From the NCBI GenBank assembly GCA_016200265.1, contig JACQFE010000012.1, positions 20,332 through 84,331 on the forward strand: a DNA stretch of 64,000 nucleotides, in the 5' to 3' direction. Source of the stretch: Planctomycetota bacterium. Its GTDB lineage: Bacteria; Planctomycetota; Phycisphaerae; UBA1845. Positions 25,855-35,600 of the stretch are shown one piece after another (position 1 is the stretch's first letter; the number at the start of each line of letters is the position of its first letter). Position numbers and translations under genes: made by a program. The notes beneath the pieces were generated by a model. That model made no database searches. It had not been told where the DNA came from and saw nothing but the letters and a program-made list of their open reading frames with translations.

Positions 25855-26064
25855 GTGGTTTGGTGGAATGGTGTCGATGGCCGCATGATCTGCGAGGCCG
25901 CGGTGGAGTACATCGCGGATCTCGAACGCATGGGCCAGGTGTTCGTGACGCCAGCGGACTTTCCTTGGCATGTGCGGGAAAAGCTGGAGACGTACTACCT
26001 GGGCGGCATCGGCCGTAAGCCAACGGACGAGGAACTCTTGGAACTCCTCGCGTTCGACCGGTGA
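25855..26064 (+). CDS. Hypothetical small protein (69 aa)
   Basis: AGGAGG at 25840-25845, GTG at 25855, strong G/C third-position bias. ...AAVEYIADLERMGQVFVTPADFPWHVREKLETYYLGGIGRKPTDEELLELLAFDR. No family recognised. Confidence 0.55.
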   Translation: MVWWNGVDGRMICEAAVEYIADLERMGQVFVTPADFPWHVREKLETYYLGGIGRKPTDEELLELLAFDR

Positions 26065-26156
26065 GCGTATTGTTAGAGGTTGGTCGTGCACCAACAAGGT
26101 TTTGATGATGGCTTTGGGGATTGTGCCGAGAAACAATCCCATCATTTGGAGGGGAG

Positions 26157-26876
26157 ATGGTTCGATGTGAGGCGGTATCGGTCGAAGGCTTCGTGCAGCA
26201 ACTTGCGGTGGCGTATGTTCAGCACGGCCATTGGTTCTACGTAACCGGCGAAGTGCCTAAACGGAAGGACCCGCGTGCAGTCGATGCGAAACTCATCGAG
26301 CTGTACGGCCTAGGCCTTTCCAAGTGGGCGAGAGCACGGAGCAAGGGAGCGGGGTGGGCGAGCGTTCGGTACATTCGTCACGGCGTGTTCTTCGTGCTTA
26401 TCGCGACGAAGGGGCGGCATGTGTTTTACGAACGTGAGCCGGGCATCCGCGACATTCGCCGCCATCCGATTTACTACGCGGGATACAGCATCTCATATCG
26501 GCGAGGAGTGGACCGGAAGTGGCATGTTTCAGTTCGGATTGCGGCGAACGAATACCTTCGACTCAAAGCGTATATGGTGGGACTTGCTGCCCGTCGTTCG
26601 GTTGAGAAACTCGCGGTTGAATTCGGCGAGGTGCCATTCGAGCCGTACGCACCGGTCCGCCGGCAGCTTCTTAACATTCTTCGAGCGGTGAATCGGGTGC
26701 GGCACGCGGCGGGGTTTGAATTGGTGCCGGTGTCGGCGTTACGGTTTCGCCGGCGGGTGGTGAAGCCGTTTAGCTGCCCGGAAGGCGATGGAGGAGCTGT
26801 GGCCCTGCGTGTTGGCGGCGAGTACATTGGGGACATTGATGATGTTAACGAGACGATTCGAAGGGAATGTGCATGA
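26157..26876 (+). CDS. Hypothetical basic protein (239 aa)
   Basis: GGAGG 4 nt before ATG 26157. Coding-like composition (VEGFVQQLAVAYVQHGHWFYVTG...VRYIRHGVFFVLIATKG...PFEPYAPVRRQLLNILRAVNRVR). No family recognised. Its stop overlaps the next start (ATGA). Confidence 0.6.
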   Translation: MVRCEAVSVEGFVQQLAVAYVQHGHWFYVTGEVPKRKDPRAVDAKLIELYGLGLSKWARARSKGAGWASVRYIRHGVFFVLIATKGRHVFYEREPGIRDIRRHPIYYAGYSISYRRGVDRKWHVSVRIAANEYLRLKAYMVGLAARRSVEKLAVEFGEVPFEPYAPVRRQLLNILRAVNRVRHAAGFELVPVSALRFRRRVVKPFSCPEGDGGAVALRVGGEYIGDIDDVNETIRRECA

Positions 26877-27133
26877 GTCCACGTCGGGCCGGCGATAAGA
26901 AAACGCGATTCACATTGTGGCTGCGCGAAGACCAATTGGAGGAGGTCGAAGAATTGCAGCGTGAGCTTGGCAAGGAGTCGCTCGCGGAAGTGGTGCGAGA
27001 CGCGTTGGATGTATACCGCTCGCTCCTGAAAGCTCGCGAAAATGGGATACGGCTCTATTTCGAGGATAGCAAGGCCAAGGAAAAGGGCCGTATCTGGTTG
27101 CTCCCAGGGCCTCCGCCGGTCGGTCGGCGGTGA
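26873..27133 (+). CDS. Ribbon-helix-helix (CopG/Arc-like) protein
   Basis: KKTRFTLWLREDQLEEVEELQRELGKESLAEVVRDALDVY follows the beta-strand/helix/helix RHH pattern. Translationally coupled to the upstream ORF. Confidence 0.6.
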   Translation: MSPRRAGDKKTRFTLWLREDQLEEVEELQRELGKESLAEVVRDALDVYRSLLKARENGIRLYFEDSKAKEKGRIWLLPGPPPVGRR

Positions 27134-27254
27134 TTTTTTTCGGCTGTATATCTTGCTTTATGATAATAACATCTTACAATCGGACGGTCTTTGGAAGATA
27201 TAGGCGTTGGAGGGCGAAAGCTGATGCGGGCTCAGTTCAAGGGCTGTTCGAGGA

Positions 27255-27893
27255 GTGCGTTTGACGGAGGTGTCAAATGCGAACTTCGGGCTGTTCATCG
27301 CCTATGTGCTTCCTGGGTTCGTGTCGCTTCTGGCGGTCGGATATCTCGTGCCTGGGGTTTGGACGTGGCTTTTGGCTTCGCCGGGAGCCGGTGCCGGCGG
27401 GCCGACGGTGGCGAGCTTCTTGTATCTGTCCCTGTCATCAGTGGGGGCGGGGCTCACCGCGAGCACGGTTCGATGGGTCGTGATGGACTGGTTGCATCAT
27501 CACACGGGCGTTCCGCGGCCGAACTGGGACGACGCCAGGCTTCAGGAAAAACTCGGGGCCTTCGAGGCGTTGGTGGAGAACCACTATCGGTACTACCAGT
27601 TCTACGGCAATTCATGCGTGGCGTTGGCCTTTCTGTTCGCGGCCCGCCGCGTGGGCGGCGGAGTCGCGCTGATTGGGTTCGATGGATTCGACGGAGTGAT
27701 TGTTGGGATTTTCGTGATTTTTTGGGCTGGTTCGCGGGATACGCTTCGGCGTTACTACACGCGGGCCACGGTTTTGTTGGGTGATAGAAAGGAAGCGAAT
27801 CATGACAAACGGGCATGTGAAAGTGGATGTGGCGGAGGACGGCAAAAAGGTCGCCGGAAAAAAGGACGCGGGCGCGAGTACCAAGGCCGGTAA
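27255..27893 (+). CDS. Hypothetical integral membrane protein
   Basis: Four hydrophobic segments (FGLFIAYVLPGFVSLLAVGYLV, VASFLYLSLSSVGAGL, CVALAFLFAA, VIVGIFVIFWAG). The start is uncertain (GTG 27255 / TTG 27261). The 3' end has poor codon bias and overlaps 27802..27963. Confidence 0.5.
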   Translation: MRLTEVSNANFGLFIAYVLPGFVSLLAVGYLVPGVWTWLLASPGAGAGGPTVASFLYLSLSSVGAGLTASTVRWVVMDWLHHHTGVPRPNWDDARLQEKLGAFEALVENHYRYYQFYGNSCVALAFLFAARRVGGGVALIGFDGFDGVIVGIFVIFWAGSRDTLRRYYTRATVLLGDRKEANHDKRACESGCGGGRQKGRRKKGRGREYQGR

Positions 27894-27963
27894 GGGCGGC
27901 GAAAGACGTGAGCAGCCGCCGCAAGTTGCAACGGTTCGTGACGGTGGTGCGACCCGCAGATAA
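27802..27963 (+). CDS. Candidate small Lys/Gly-rich protein (53 aa)
   Basis: GAAAGGAAG upstream of ATG 27802. G/C third-position bias is better than in the overlapping frame. Confidence 0.3.
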   Translation: MTNGHVKVDVAEDGKKVAGKKDAGASTKAGKGGERREQPPQVATVRDGGATRR

Positions 27964-28304
27964 GGTGATCGGCCACCGATCGCGGAAAAAGTGCAAGTAG
28001 CTCGGGATTGCGGGTCGTCGGCGACGCTTCTTTACTAATCGTTTGTGCGAAAGCCTGCGTCCTAACCGGCGGCTCTCGGTCCCGGGCTACTTGCGTTCAA
28101 AATTGAAGGTAGCATGTTTCGCGAAGGCAAGTCAAACATCGTTTGGCTTGTTTTCGCTTGTGCGGAACACATGTGTGCGGAGGCGATTCTTAGGGTCTAG
28201 GTGGCGGTGGACCACGAGCGGATTTCCATTCAGCTTGCTTGCCATTCGGGAATAGGGGTCTGGAAAAGACCAACCGAAGGTGTGCTCCGGCTGATCATCT
28301 GGGG

Positions 28305-28730
28305 TCAGCCTTTAAGCGGAACTTTTTTCATCGTGATGACGGTGCTGTAACGATTGGTATCCGTGATAATGTGGAGCGAGTCGTCCTCCGTCACGCTGAC
28401 TTCTGAGACAATGGGACCACCATCATAATAACAATCCTCATTTAGAACTGACATCTCTGACTCGCAATCTCCCCAACGTCCAATCACATGATCAGTTAGG
28501 TAGCGGTCGATGACTTCAAGAGGGAGGAAGTCGAGGACCTGTCGGTTGATAAGCACATGGCCAGTGTCAATGAATACTCTGGGCACATCCTCAGTTCGTC
28601 GCTCCGCGACGGGAGTGTCGCCGGTTTCCAAGGTCTCAGTCCCAACACTGGCTGTACGCCGCTGTTCGCTTTCAATTGCCTGCTTGAGAATGGTCTTAAG
28701 CTTTGCAAGTTCCTCTTTTCGTTCATTCAT
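28305..28730 (-). CDS. Hypothetical protein, 'GxWGD ... IITD/E..R..T' family, paralog A
   Basis: GGAGGA SD before ATG 28730. The C-terminal half HVIGRWGDCESEMSVLNED...SLHIITDTNRYSTVITM parallels 32077..32385 (HARGDWGDCCTEDKAEND...KFWIITEADRAATTVLLPEDY). Confidence 0.6.
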   Translation of the reverse strand: MNERKEELAKLKTILKQAIESEQRRTASVGTETLETGDTPVAERRTEDVPRVFIDTGHVLINRQVLDFLPLEVIDRYLTDHVIGRWGDCESEMSVLNEDCYYDGGPIVSEVSVTEDDSLHIITDTNRYSTVITMKKVPLKG

Positions 28731-28752
28731 AAATAGTTCCTCCAAAATTAAA

Positions 28753-28868
28753 GGTTTTGTGGGACAGGAACCCGAGCCCAGCGAAGTGGGTCAAGGAGGA
28801 ACGCAGCCACGTTTGTGGCGAGTAGTCCTTGATGCACGAAGCGGCTTGGGTAGAGTCGGACACAAACC
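28753..28868 (-). promoter_or_regulatory. Structured 5' leader closed by GGTTTTGTG/CACAAACC arms
   Basis: A long-range stem (28753-28761 with 28860-28868) encloses inner hairpins (TCAAGGA...TCCTTGA, CCAC-GTTT-GTGG). It sits immediately 5' of the SD of 28305..28730. Confidence 0.4.
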
Positions 28869-29062
28869 TAATAGTAGGAGGAATGCAATATCGAAACGAA
28901 AAGGCGGACGAGTTTAGACAGTGACCGCGATGAGATGAGAATTGTGGAGCGAGGATTGCGGTATGGTGAATTATTTGCGGCGTGTTTTTGGCGATGCGGC
29001 CGGAGTTGGCTGCGGTGGTCCCGTTCTCGCTGGTGGCTGTCGTGGTGTGGGCGGCATGGGGG

Positions 29063-29536
29063 CTACAACGGTTTTGGTCGGAAGAGTTCGTGCAAGAATG
29101 CAACCGGGTCGAGTATCTTGAGTTTCGGGAATCGCTGGATGAATTCGCGTCCTTCGGGAGTTTCGGGTTTCATGAGGTCGAGAAGGTCGCGGTCCGTAGT
29201 GACCAAGTAAGGTGCTTCCGCTGCTAGAGCGAGGTTCACGTATTTGCTGTCCTTCGGGTCGCGTTGGAGCGTGTAGACCTCGGCGACATTCGGGAACCAT
29301 TTCACGGCGCGCAGATAGCGAGCGAGGAAGGCATCCACGGCCTTGGGCGTGAGGGCGGGGAACTTCGTGTGGTGCTCCGGGCGGTTGAGTACGTCGTGGA
29401 TCTCGGCGAGCACGTCGGGACTCATGCAGAGCGTGACGCGAGCTTCTTCAACCAGGCGAAACGTAGCGTACGTACGTTGCGGGCGAGCGGCTGCTCGAAA
29501 AAATAGCATGCAATCGAAGACGGCGAGCGTGCTCAC
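29063..29536 (-). CDS. PIN-domain toxin (TIGR00305-like)
   Basis: N-terminal LAVFDC... and C-terminal DPKDSKYVNLALAAEAPYLVTTDRDLLDL. GTG 29536 overlaps the antitoxin stop (GTGA). Confidence 0.75.
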   Translation of the reverse strand: MSTLAVFDCMLFFRAAARPQRTYATFRLVEEARVTLCMSPDVLAEIHDVLNRPEHHTKFPALTPKAVDAFLARYLRAVKWFPNVAEVYTLQRDPKDSKYVNLALAAEAPYLVTTDRDLLDLMKPETPEGREFIQRFPKLKILDPVAFLHELFRPKPL

Positions 29537-29796
29537 GCGGACTTGGCCCGCTTGGCCTGGTGTTCGTCCCAAACCTTATCGCGAAGGCCTTCGTAGAAGT
29601 CGTCGAGCTTGTCGTCCATCATGCCGCTGTCGTCTACCTGCTTACGGAAGGGGGCAAGTAGTTCGTCCACGCTGGGAGTTGTGAGTGCGTCGTCGAGAAC
29701 CCGTGCGGCGTAGGACGTGATGTCCTCACCGGCGGCTTGCGCTCGTTCGCGAAGTTTCGCTTCGGCATCGGGCGAGAGCGGTACGCTGATGCTCAT
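29533..29796 (-). CDS. RHH-type antitoxin
   Basis: 87 aa. MSISVPLSPDAEAKLRERAQAAGEDITSYAARVLDDAL. Directly upstream of and overlapping the PIN gene. Confidence 0.65.
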   Translation of the reverse strand: MSISVPLSPDAEAKLRERAQAAGEDITSYAARVLDDALTTPSVDELLAPFRKQVDDSGMMDDKLDDFYEGLRDKVWDEHQAKRAKSA

Positions 29797-30035
29797 GGTC
29801 GTTTTGTCTCCAAGCACGGGCCGATAACCCCAACGGGAATCGGCGACCTTTTCTCTAATCATACCACAACGGAAGCGAGAAAGCACGTGGTTTTGCGGTC
29901 TTAGGCGGGACGTGGGGTTCGGGTGCGGTATTGGAACCGAGAAGCCGCCGGTCGTAGGTTTCAAAAACCTTCGCAAAACCACGGCGGCGACGCGGGAGAA
30001 ACGGTTCCGCAGATTCGGCGCGGGACGCACTTTCC

Positions 30036-31763
30036 CTACCCTATCGAAGCAGCAGCGGTCGAAACCTCCTCCTCGTCCTCCACCAAAGGCGGTTCCATGT
30101 CGGCCGTTTCTGGATGGGGCCGGTCCGTGGTCGAAGCGTCATCGCGTAAAGATGCCCAAGACTTCGGTTCGGGAATCGCGTTCTTCGCATCGGCCTCGAT
30201 CGTGGCGTAATCAACGCCGAGGATTTCACACATACGCTTGGCGTCCGTGGCCTGAGCCGGTGCCTGTTCGTTGGTTATGGCGTTCAGCCGCTTGATCCAG
30301 ACTTGCGCGACTGCGAACAAGGCAGCGGCGGCCGGCTCTCCTGATGCCGAGTTACGCAGCGAATCGTACTGAGTCCACGCTTCACCGTTATCCAGAAAAT
30401 CAGCCCGGTGCATGGCGCCGAACGTGACAAGCAAGGCGACGAGGTCGAAAACCACAGTTCCCTCGGCCTTGTTATTGCGACGCTGAATCCACGGAGAGAC
30501 GATTTCCTGGGCCTTTTCAGGGGTAAGCTCACGCAAGTACGTCTGCACGTGCTTCACAACATAAGCGTCGCGCCGCTTCTGGAGGCGGGCGCGCCGTTCG
30601 ATCAGCGTCATCGGGACAACGTTGCCGCCCTCGTCGCGCGGCCTGCCTTTCCCACTCCCATTATGCGAAACGGTGGAATCTTCAGAGGCCACGTAAATGA
30701 GCTTCCCGGCCTTGGGCCCATCGACCTGCATGGCCGGTTCGCTTCCCGGTTTGTGCGGCTTCACGGGCTTGGCGCCGTAAAGACGGTCCAGGCGATTCCC
30801 GAATACTTCACTGACGGCGGAACTGAGGCTGCCGACTCCGAGATGAACGAGCCGAAGCGTTGGATGCTCTGCTCGAAGCGCGCACTCGCAACGCTGAACG
30901 AAAGCCACGTGCTTTCGGTCGAAGCACTGCGGGTCAAGGCAACGGTCGTTTTTTGAGAGCTTTCCGTTCCCCGCCGACTCCGCCTCTGCGAACAGCATCG
31001 GCTGTTTGGACGACCGCTTCTCGCAGTTGAGGCAAGCGCCAGCTTTTGGGACGATGGTTTCGTCTTTGGGATCCCAGGGCATGGCCCCGAGCGACCGAAG
31101 ACCATCGTCGATGATGCGGCGCAGTTCGTCGACCGTGGGAAACCCTCTGCCAAACACGGCCATGAAGTTGTCCTCGGATAGAGCGGTCTGGGTTGGTTCC
31201 GGCAACCGGGCGATGAGTTCAAGATGTGCCGCCGAAAAACGGCTGACCTCGGAATCGGGCTTACGGATTTCGCTCTTCCAAGCGGGAGTAAGACGAGTTA
31301 GCGACGCCCGCCTTGCAAGATAGGGTATGCTTTTCCCGAGCTTCGCCGCGATGGTGTTCAAGTCAAAGTCACGCTCGAAGGCAAGTTGAATCGTTTCCGC
31401 TTCCTCCAGCGGATGAAGGTTCCTTCGCTGTATGTTCTCGGCAATAGTCACACTCAGCGCTTCCTCGTCATCAAGGCGACGGACGATCGCGGGAATGGCG
31501 GTCAGTCCGGCAAGCTTCGCGGCGCGCCAGCGCCGCTCGCCTGCCCTGATTTCCCAGTGTCCAGGCTCGGTTGCATGGACGCGGACGACGATGGGCTGCA
31601 AAAGCCCGTCTTTCTTGATGGAATGGGAAAGGGATCGGAGCGACGTATCGCTGATACCCCTGCGGCGGTTGTCAGGCGTCGGTATGATTTTGTCGACTGG
31701 CAACATTTGAATACGGTCCTTGGTCGCCGCTTTTTCCTTCTTTCTTCTCTGTGTGCGTGGCAT
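30036..31763 (-). CDS. ParB/Srx-fold N-terminal domain protein with long C-terminal extension and a Cys4 cluster
   Basis: LPVDKIIPTPDNRRR..., LLQPIVVR, IRAGERRWRAAKLAGLTAIPAIVRRLDDEEALSVTIAENIQRRNLHPLEEA (ParB box motifs). Later CLNCEKR...CLDPQC. AGGAG SD 8 nt before ATG 31763. Confidence 0.75.
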   Translation of the reverse strand: MPRTQRRKKEKAATKDRIQMLPVDKIIPTPDNRRRGISDTSLRSLSHSIKKDGLLQPIVVRVHATEPGHWEIRAGERRWRAAKLAGLTAIPAIVRRLDDEEALSVTIAENIQRRNLHPLEEAETIQLAFERDFDLNTIAAKLGKSIPYLARRASLTRLTPAWKSEIRKPDSEVSRFSAAHLELIARLPEPTQTALSEDNFMAVFGRGFPTVDELRRIIDDGLRSLGAMPWDPKDETIVPKAGACLNCEKRSSKQPMLFAEAESAGNGKLSKNDRCLDPQCFDRKHVAFVQRCECALRAEHPTLRLVHLGVGSLSSAVSEVFGNRLDRLYGAKPVKPHKPGSEPAMQVDGPKAGKLIYVASEDSTVSHNGSGKGRPRDEGGNVVPMTLIERRARLQKRRDAYVVKHVQTYLRELTPEKAQEIVSPWIQRRNNKAEGTVVFDLVALLVTFGAMHRADFLDNGEAWTQYDSLRNSASGEPAAAALFAVAQVWIKRLNAITNEQAPAQATDAKRMCEILGVDYATIEADAKNAIPEPKSWASLRDDASTTDRPHPETADMEPPLVEDEEEVSTAAASIG

Positions 31764-32076
31764 TGGATTGACTCCTAACACGAGGGAACAGCGAAACCTC
31801 GCTCAGCCACACGGCCGAGATGGCGAAGTTCCGACTGACGAGGCTTGTATGGAATGGACTCCGTGTTCGCGGTTGGTGGCGTTTAAGCAAGAAAACCTTC
31901 ATCACCTACGACATGGCGGCATAGAGGACCCTGCGGGCCTTCACGCGGCCATACCGAATCGTCTGCTCAACGTGATGAGAAAAAGAACGAAGTGTGCCAT
32001 GATTATGGCACATATGGTGTTCTCAAATCAAGCCTGAGACGTGCGAGGTTGAAACGGGACCGCGGGCGGCGCCCAC

Positions 32077-32385
32077 TCAGTAGTCCTCGGGGAGGAGGAC
32101 GGTGGTGGCGGCGCGGTCGGCCTCGGTGATAATCCAGAACTTCGTTCCGGTGGAATCGTGGTACACCGAGAATAGCCGAAGGTATTTGTCCACCGAGAAG
32201 TCGTTTTCGGCCTTGTCCTCCGTGCAACAATCGCCCCAGTCGCCCCGCGCATGACGCCCCAGGGCGTGCCGAACGTCTTCGGGCACGAGGTGCTTCATGG
32301 CGTTCGGGGTGATGAGCGTTTGGCCGAGCGGGAACTTTGTCTGGGCCTTGCCTTCGGCTGGATTGTTGATGTTTTTCTCGTTCAT
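32077..32385 (-). CDS. Hypothetical protein, 'GDWGD ... WIITEADR..TT.LLP.EY' family, paralog B
   Basis: 102 aa with GGAGGA SD. This motif set recurs in small plasmid/ICE-borne proteins I have seen annotated only as hypothetical. Confidence 0.65.
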   Translation of the reverse strand: MNEKNINNPAEGKAQTKFPLGQTLITPNAMKHLVPEDVRHALGRHARGDWGDCCTEDKAENDFSVDKYLRLFSVYHDSTGTKFWIITEADRAATTVLLPEDY

Positions 32386-32404
32386 GTTCGTCCTCCATGA
32401 AAAA

Positions 32405-32448
32405 GGGTTTTTGCGTTTCTTCGCGAAAGCGTGGGGAACCAAAAACCC
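32405..32448 (-). promoter_or_regulatory. SD-proximal stem-loop with GGGTTTTTG/CAAAAACCC arms
   Basis: 9-bp arms at 32405-32413 and 32440-32448. On the coding strand the 3' arm ends about 8 nt before the SD of 32077..32385. Confidence 0.5.
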
Positions 32449-32658
32449 GCGGTGGAGGACGGCAAAACGATGGTGGAAACCAACCGAAGCCAAGGCAGCG
32501 GACGTGACAGGCCCGGCGTTAGCCGAGCCGAAAGGCGTGGCCTGGCCGCGGCCGATGCGGCTTCCGCAATATGTAGTTCCAAGGGATGACAAGTTGGACG
32601 AATGAATTCAATTCCGCCGGTGCGAGCACAGTCATCACCCAGCGCGCTCTCGCCTCGC

Positions 32659-35600
32659 CTAACGGGTGTACTCCGAGCTGCCGGGCGCTTCCGTCACCGT
32701 CAAATCTCGGACTGGCTTCCGGTGGGCCAATAGAAGCGGCAGCACGGCGGTCGCATCCTCCAGCACGACGAACCAACGTCGCTTGTGGCTAATGATCTCC
32801 TCGCAAATTCCGCAACCGCGAAGTTCTTCGCGATTGGCCGGAACGCCATTGAGAATGAGTTCCGCCACGTCGTCGCCCGCAATGCGTGCGGCTGTAAGTC
32901 GCCAGCCGTTGTCCAATTCGATCACCGCGCCGCCGCTCAAGAGGTCGAGGATCTCCGCTGGAGTCGCTTCGCCAAGCGGCGTACCTATGCCGAGGCGCTG
33001 CTTGACGTTCGGCACGTCGGACGGACTCAGATTCAAGCCGACCAGGGCCTGTCCGCCAGAGAGAACCGCCCGTGCGATTTTTACGGTTTGGATGCCGGAG
33101 GATCCCATGACTTTGTCGTAGATCGGAAAGATCGCTCCGCTGAGGATGTGAAAGCGACGCGGCTCGGTCGGGGGCGTGTTGGCGTACTCGGCTTCCCACC
33201 ACTTTCGGGCTTGCACGACATCGACGCGCTCGTACTTACCGTCCAGTTCGTGACGCTCCAGCGCTCTACGCGGGCCTTTGACTCCCGTCAAAAACACTTC
33301 GTTGCGATTTGCTTCCCAGTGATCCGAGACAGCGTAGATTCGTTCGCTGCGTTGATTGCGATGAAAGCCGTGGGTTGCGGATGCGGCCGCCGCGTCGAAA
33401 GTGTGTCTGACGACATCGACCTCGCCTTCCAGTTCATGGATCATGGTGCGCGCGCCGGAGGCCGAATCCACGAATAGCGTTTGCGGTTCGGTAATTCTTC
33501 GCAGATTGCGGGCGCGAATTTCCTCCACGCCGAAATCGAAGGCCCCGTTTTGCTTGGCCGCCTCGACGACCTCCAGATAAAGCTCATAGAAGATCTCGAA
33601 GACGCGATTCTGCTTCTCGACATGCAGCACCATGATGCGATTGAGGAACTGTTCGACGTTGCTGGCGTAGTTTTCTCGCACGGCGGTTTTTTCTTTGTTC
33701 AGCACCCCCATCCGGTCCAAGTCACGAAGGCCGATTCCTGCGTCCGCGCGTTGGCCCGCCTCGACCTGCCGGTAGAGCTTGGCTAGCGCTGCTTTTCCGT
33801 AATAGTCGGTCACGTCTTCCGGTCGAAAGAGGTCGCTGGAGAGCGAATGCCGCTCTCCTTTGGTCAGCGCGCCCAGTGCTGCGAGTCGTCTGGAGACGGC
33901 GTTCACGAGCCGCTTCTGGCCGGCCACGTCGAGCAGCACCAGCCGGATCACCGGGGCCGAAGTCTGATTGGAACGATGCACGCGGCCAAAGGCCTGCATC
34001 TGCTGGTCGGCCGACCAGGAAAGCTGAAAGGCGTAGAAGACGCGGCGCTGCTGATTCTGTGCGTCCACGTCAGCGTGAACGCTGATTCCCATGGAGCCCG
34101 CCCCGGAGATAATCGCCAGCCGTTTCCTACCCGCCTGAAACTGCCGCGTCTCGTACTCATTGAGTTGACGACGCGGCACGCCTCGAATCTTGCGACGAAC
34201 ATACTTGCCGTTCTCGAAACGGTGCGTGCGGCCGCTGATTTCGGCCACACTCCAAATACCGAAGCGGGCAATCAGCGCATCCATCGGGTTTTGCGGAAAG
34301 TCCAGGTCGGCGACTCTGCTGAGGAGTTTTTGCTGCCGACGTTGGTTCTCGCGATTGATTTCCGGGTTGCCGGCGGCGTCTTCGACGCGAACGGTGATGA
34401 CGTTCCCGGTCACCGGGTCGGTCTGTTCGCGATACTGATATAACGGAAATTGCGTCTCGATGAGTTGCACGATCATTTCTCGCGGCGTGGCGTCGAGTTC
34501 GGAGAGCTCGATGCCTTGTGCTCGTGCGTCGCGCACCTTGCGGTCGGCCTGGGCCTCGCCGGTGTTGAACAGGCTCAAGACCACTGACCGTCCCTGGGAA
34601 AGATCCCTTTGAATTTCAGGAATGACGTCCGGCAGTGTGTAGGCCATCATGAGTTGCAGAAAGAATCGCTGTTGGGCGGAGTAAAACTGGGCGTACCGAT
34701 GGGCGTTTCGCTTCTGCCCCGCGTCGTGCTCAGCCGATTCGAAGGCCACCAGAAGCTCCGACCAGAGGTCCGCGATTTCGTCATACTGTCGCCGCTCCGC
34801 ATCGGACACACGGTGTAGAAGCGGTTCATATTCGACGGCGCTCTCGGGCACGACGCTTCCATCCGGCAAGCGTGTCGGGCCGTAGCTGATGGTGCGGGAT
34901 AAATAAGTGCCCACGCTCTTCAGGTCGCGGCAGAGCATTTCCATGGCCGCGACCCCTCCGCGTTCCATGGCCATGAGGAACGCCGAAAAATCTGGAAACG
35001 GCGCTCCTGCGCCCCAAAGGCCTAACCGTTCGTAGGGCGCCATGTGCCGGGCTTCGGTAGCTCCGGTGGCGCTGAAGTAGCGGACGCGGGCCCGCGGGAA
35101 TAGGCGTTGAAGGGCGATGCCCATGTTTCCGCGAAGGGTTCCCTCGTCCACGGTGGCCTTTCCACCATGAGGTGCCGCGGCCGCGTTCTTCATCAAGTGC
35201 GCTTCGTCAAAGGCGATGACTCCGTCAAAGTCTGGGCCAAGCCAATCGGTTAGCTGCTTGAATCGTGCTCGCTCGCCATCGAAATCTTTGCTCATCATGG
35301 TGTACGTGGTGAAGAGAATCCCCGATTCCACGAATATGGCATCGGTGGGCTTGAATCGGGCTTGATGAACGATGGGAAGCGGCACGCCGACCGCGTCGCG
35401 GTCGCGCTCCGCATCGGCGTGGAGCTGGTGGGATGCGGACAGGTGCACGTGCTTCTGGCGACCCTGCTCAAGCTCATTGTAAATGAAGGCGTAGATCTCC
35501 CTGCCCTTGCCGATGCCGGTGCCGTCGCCATTCCAATGGCCCTTTCGCGAACCATCGGGCAGAAGCATGCTCGTCGCCTGGCCGGCGTAGATCACGTCTT

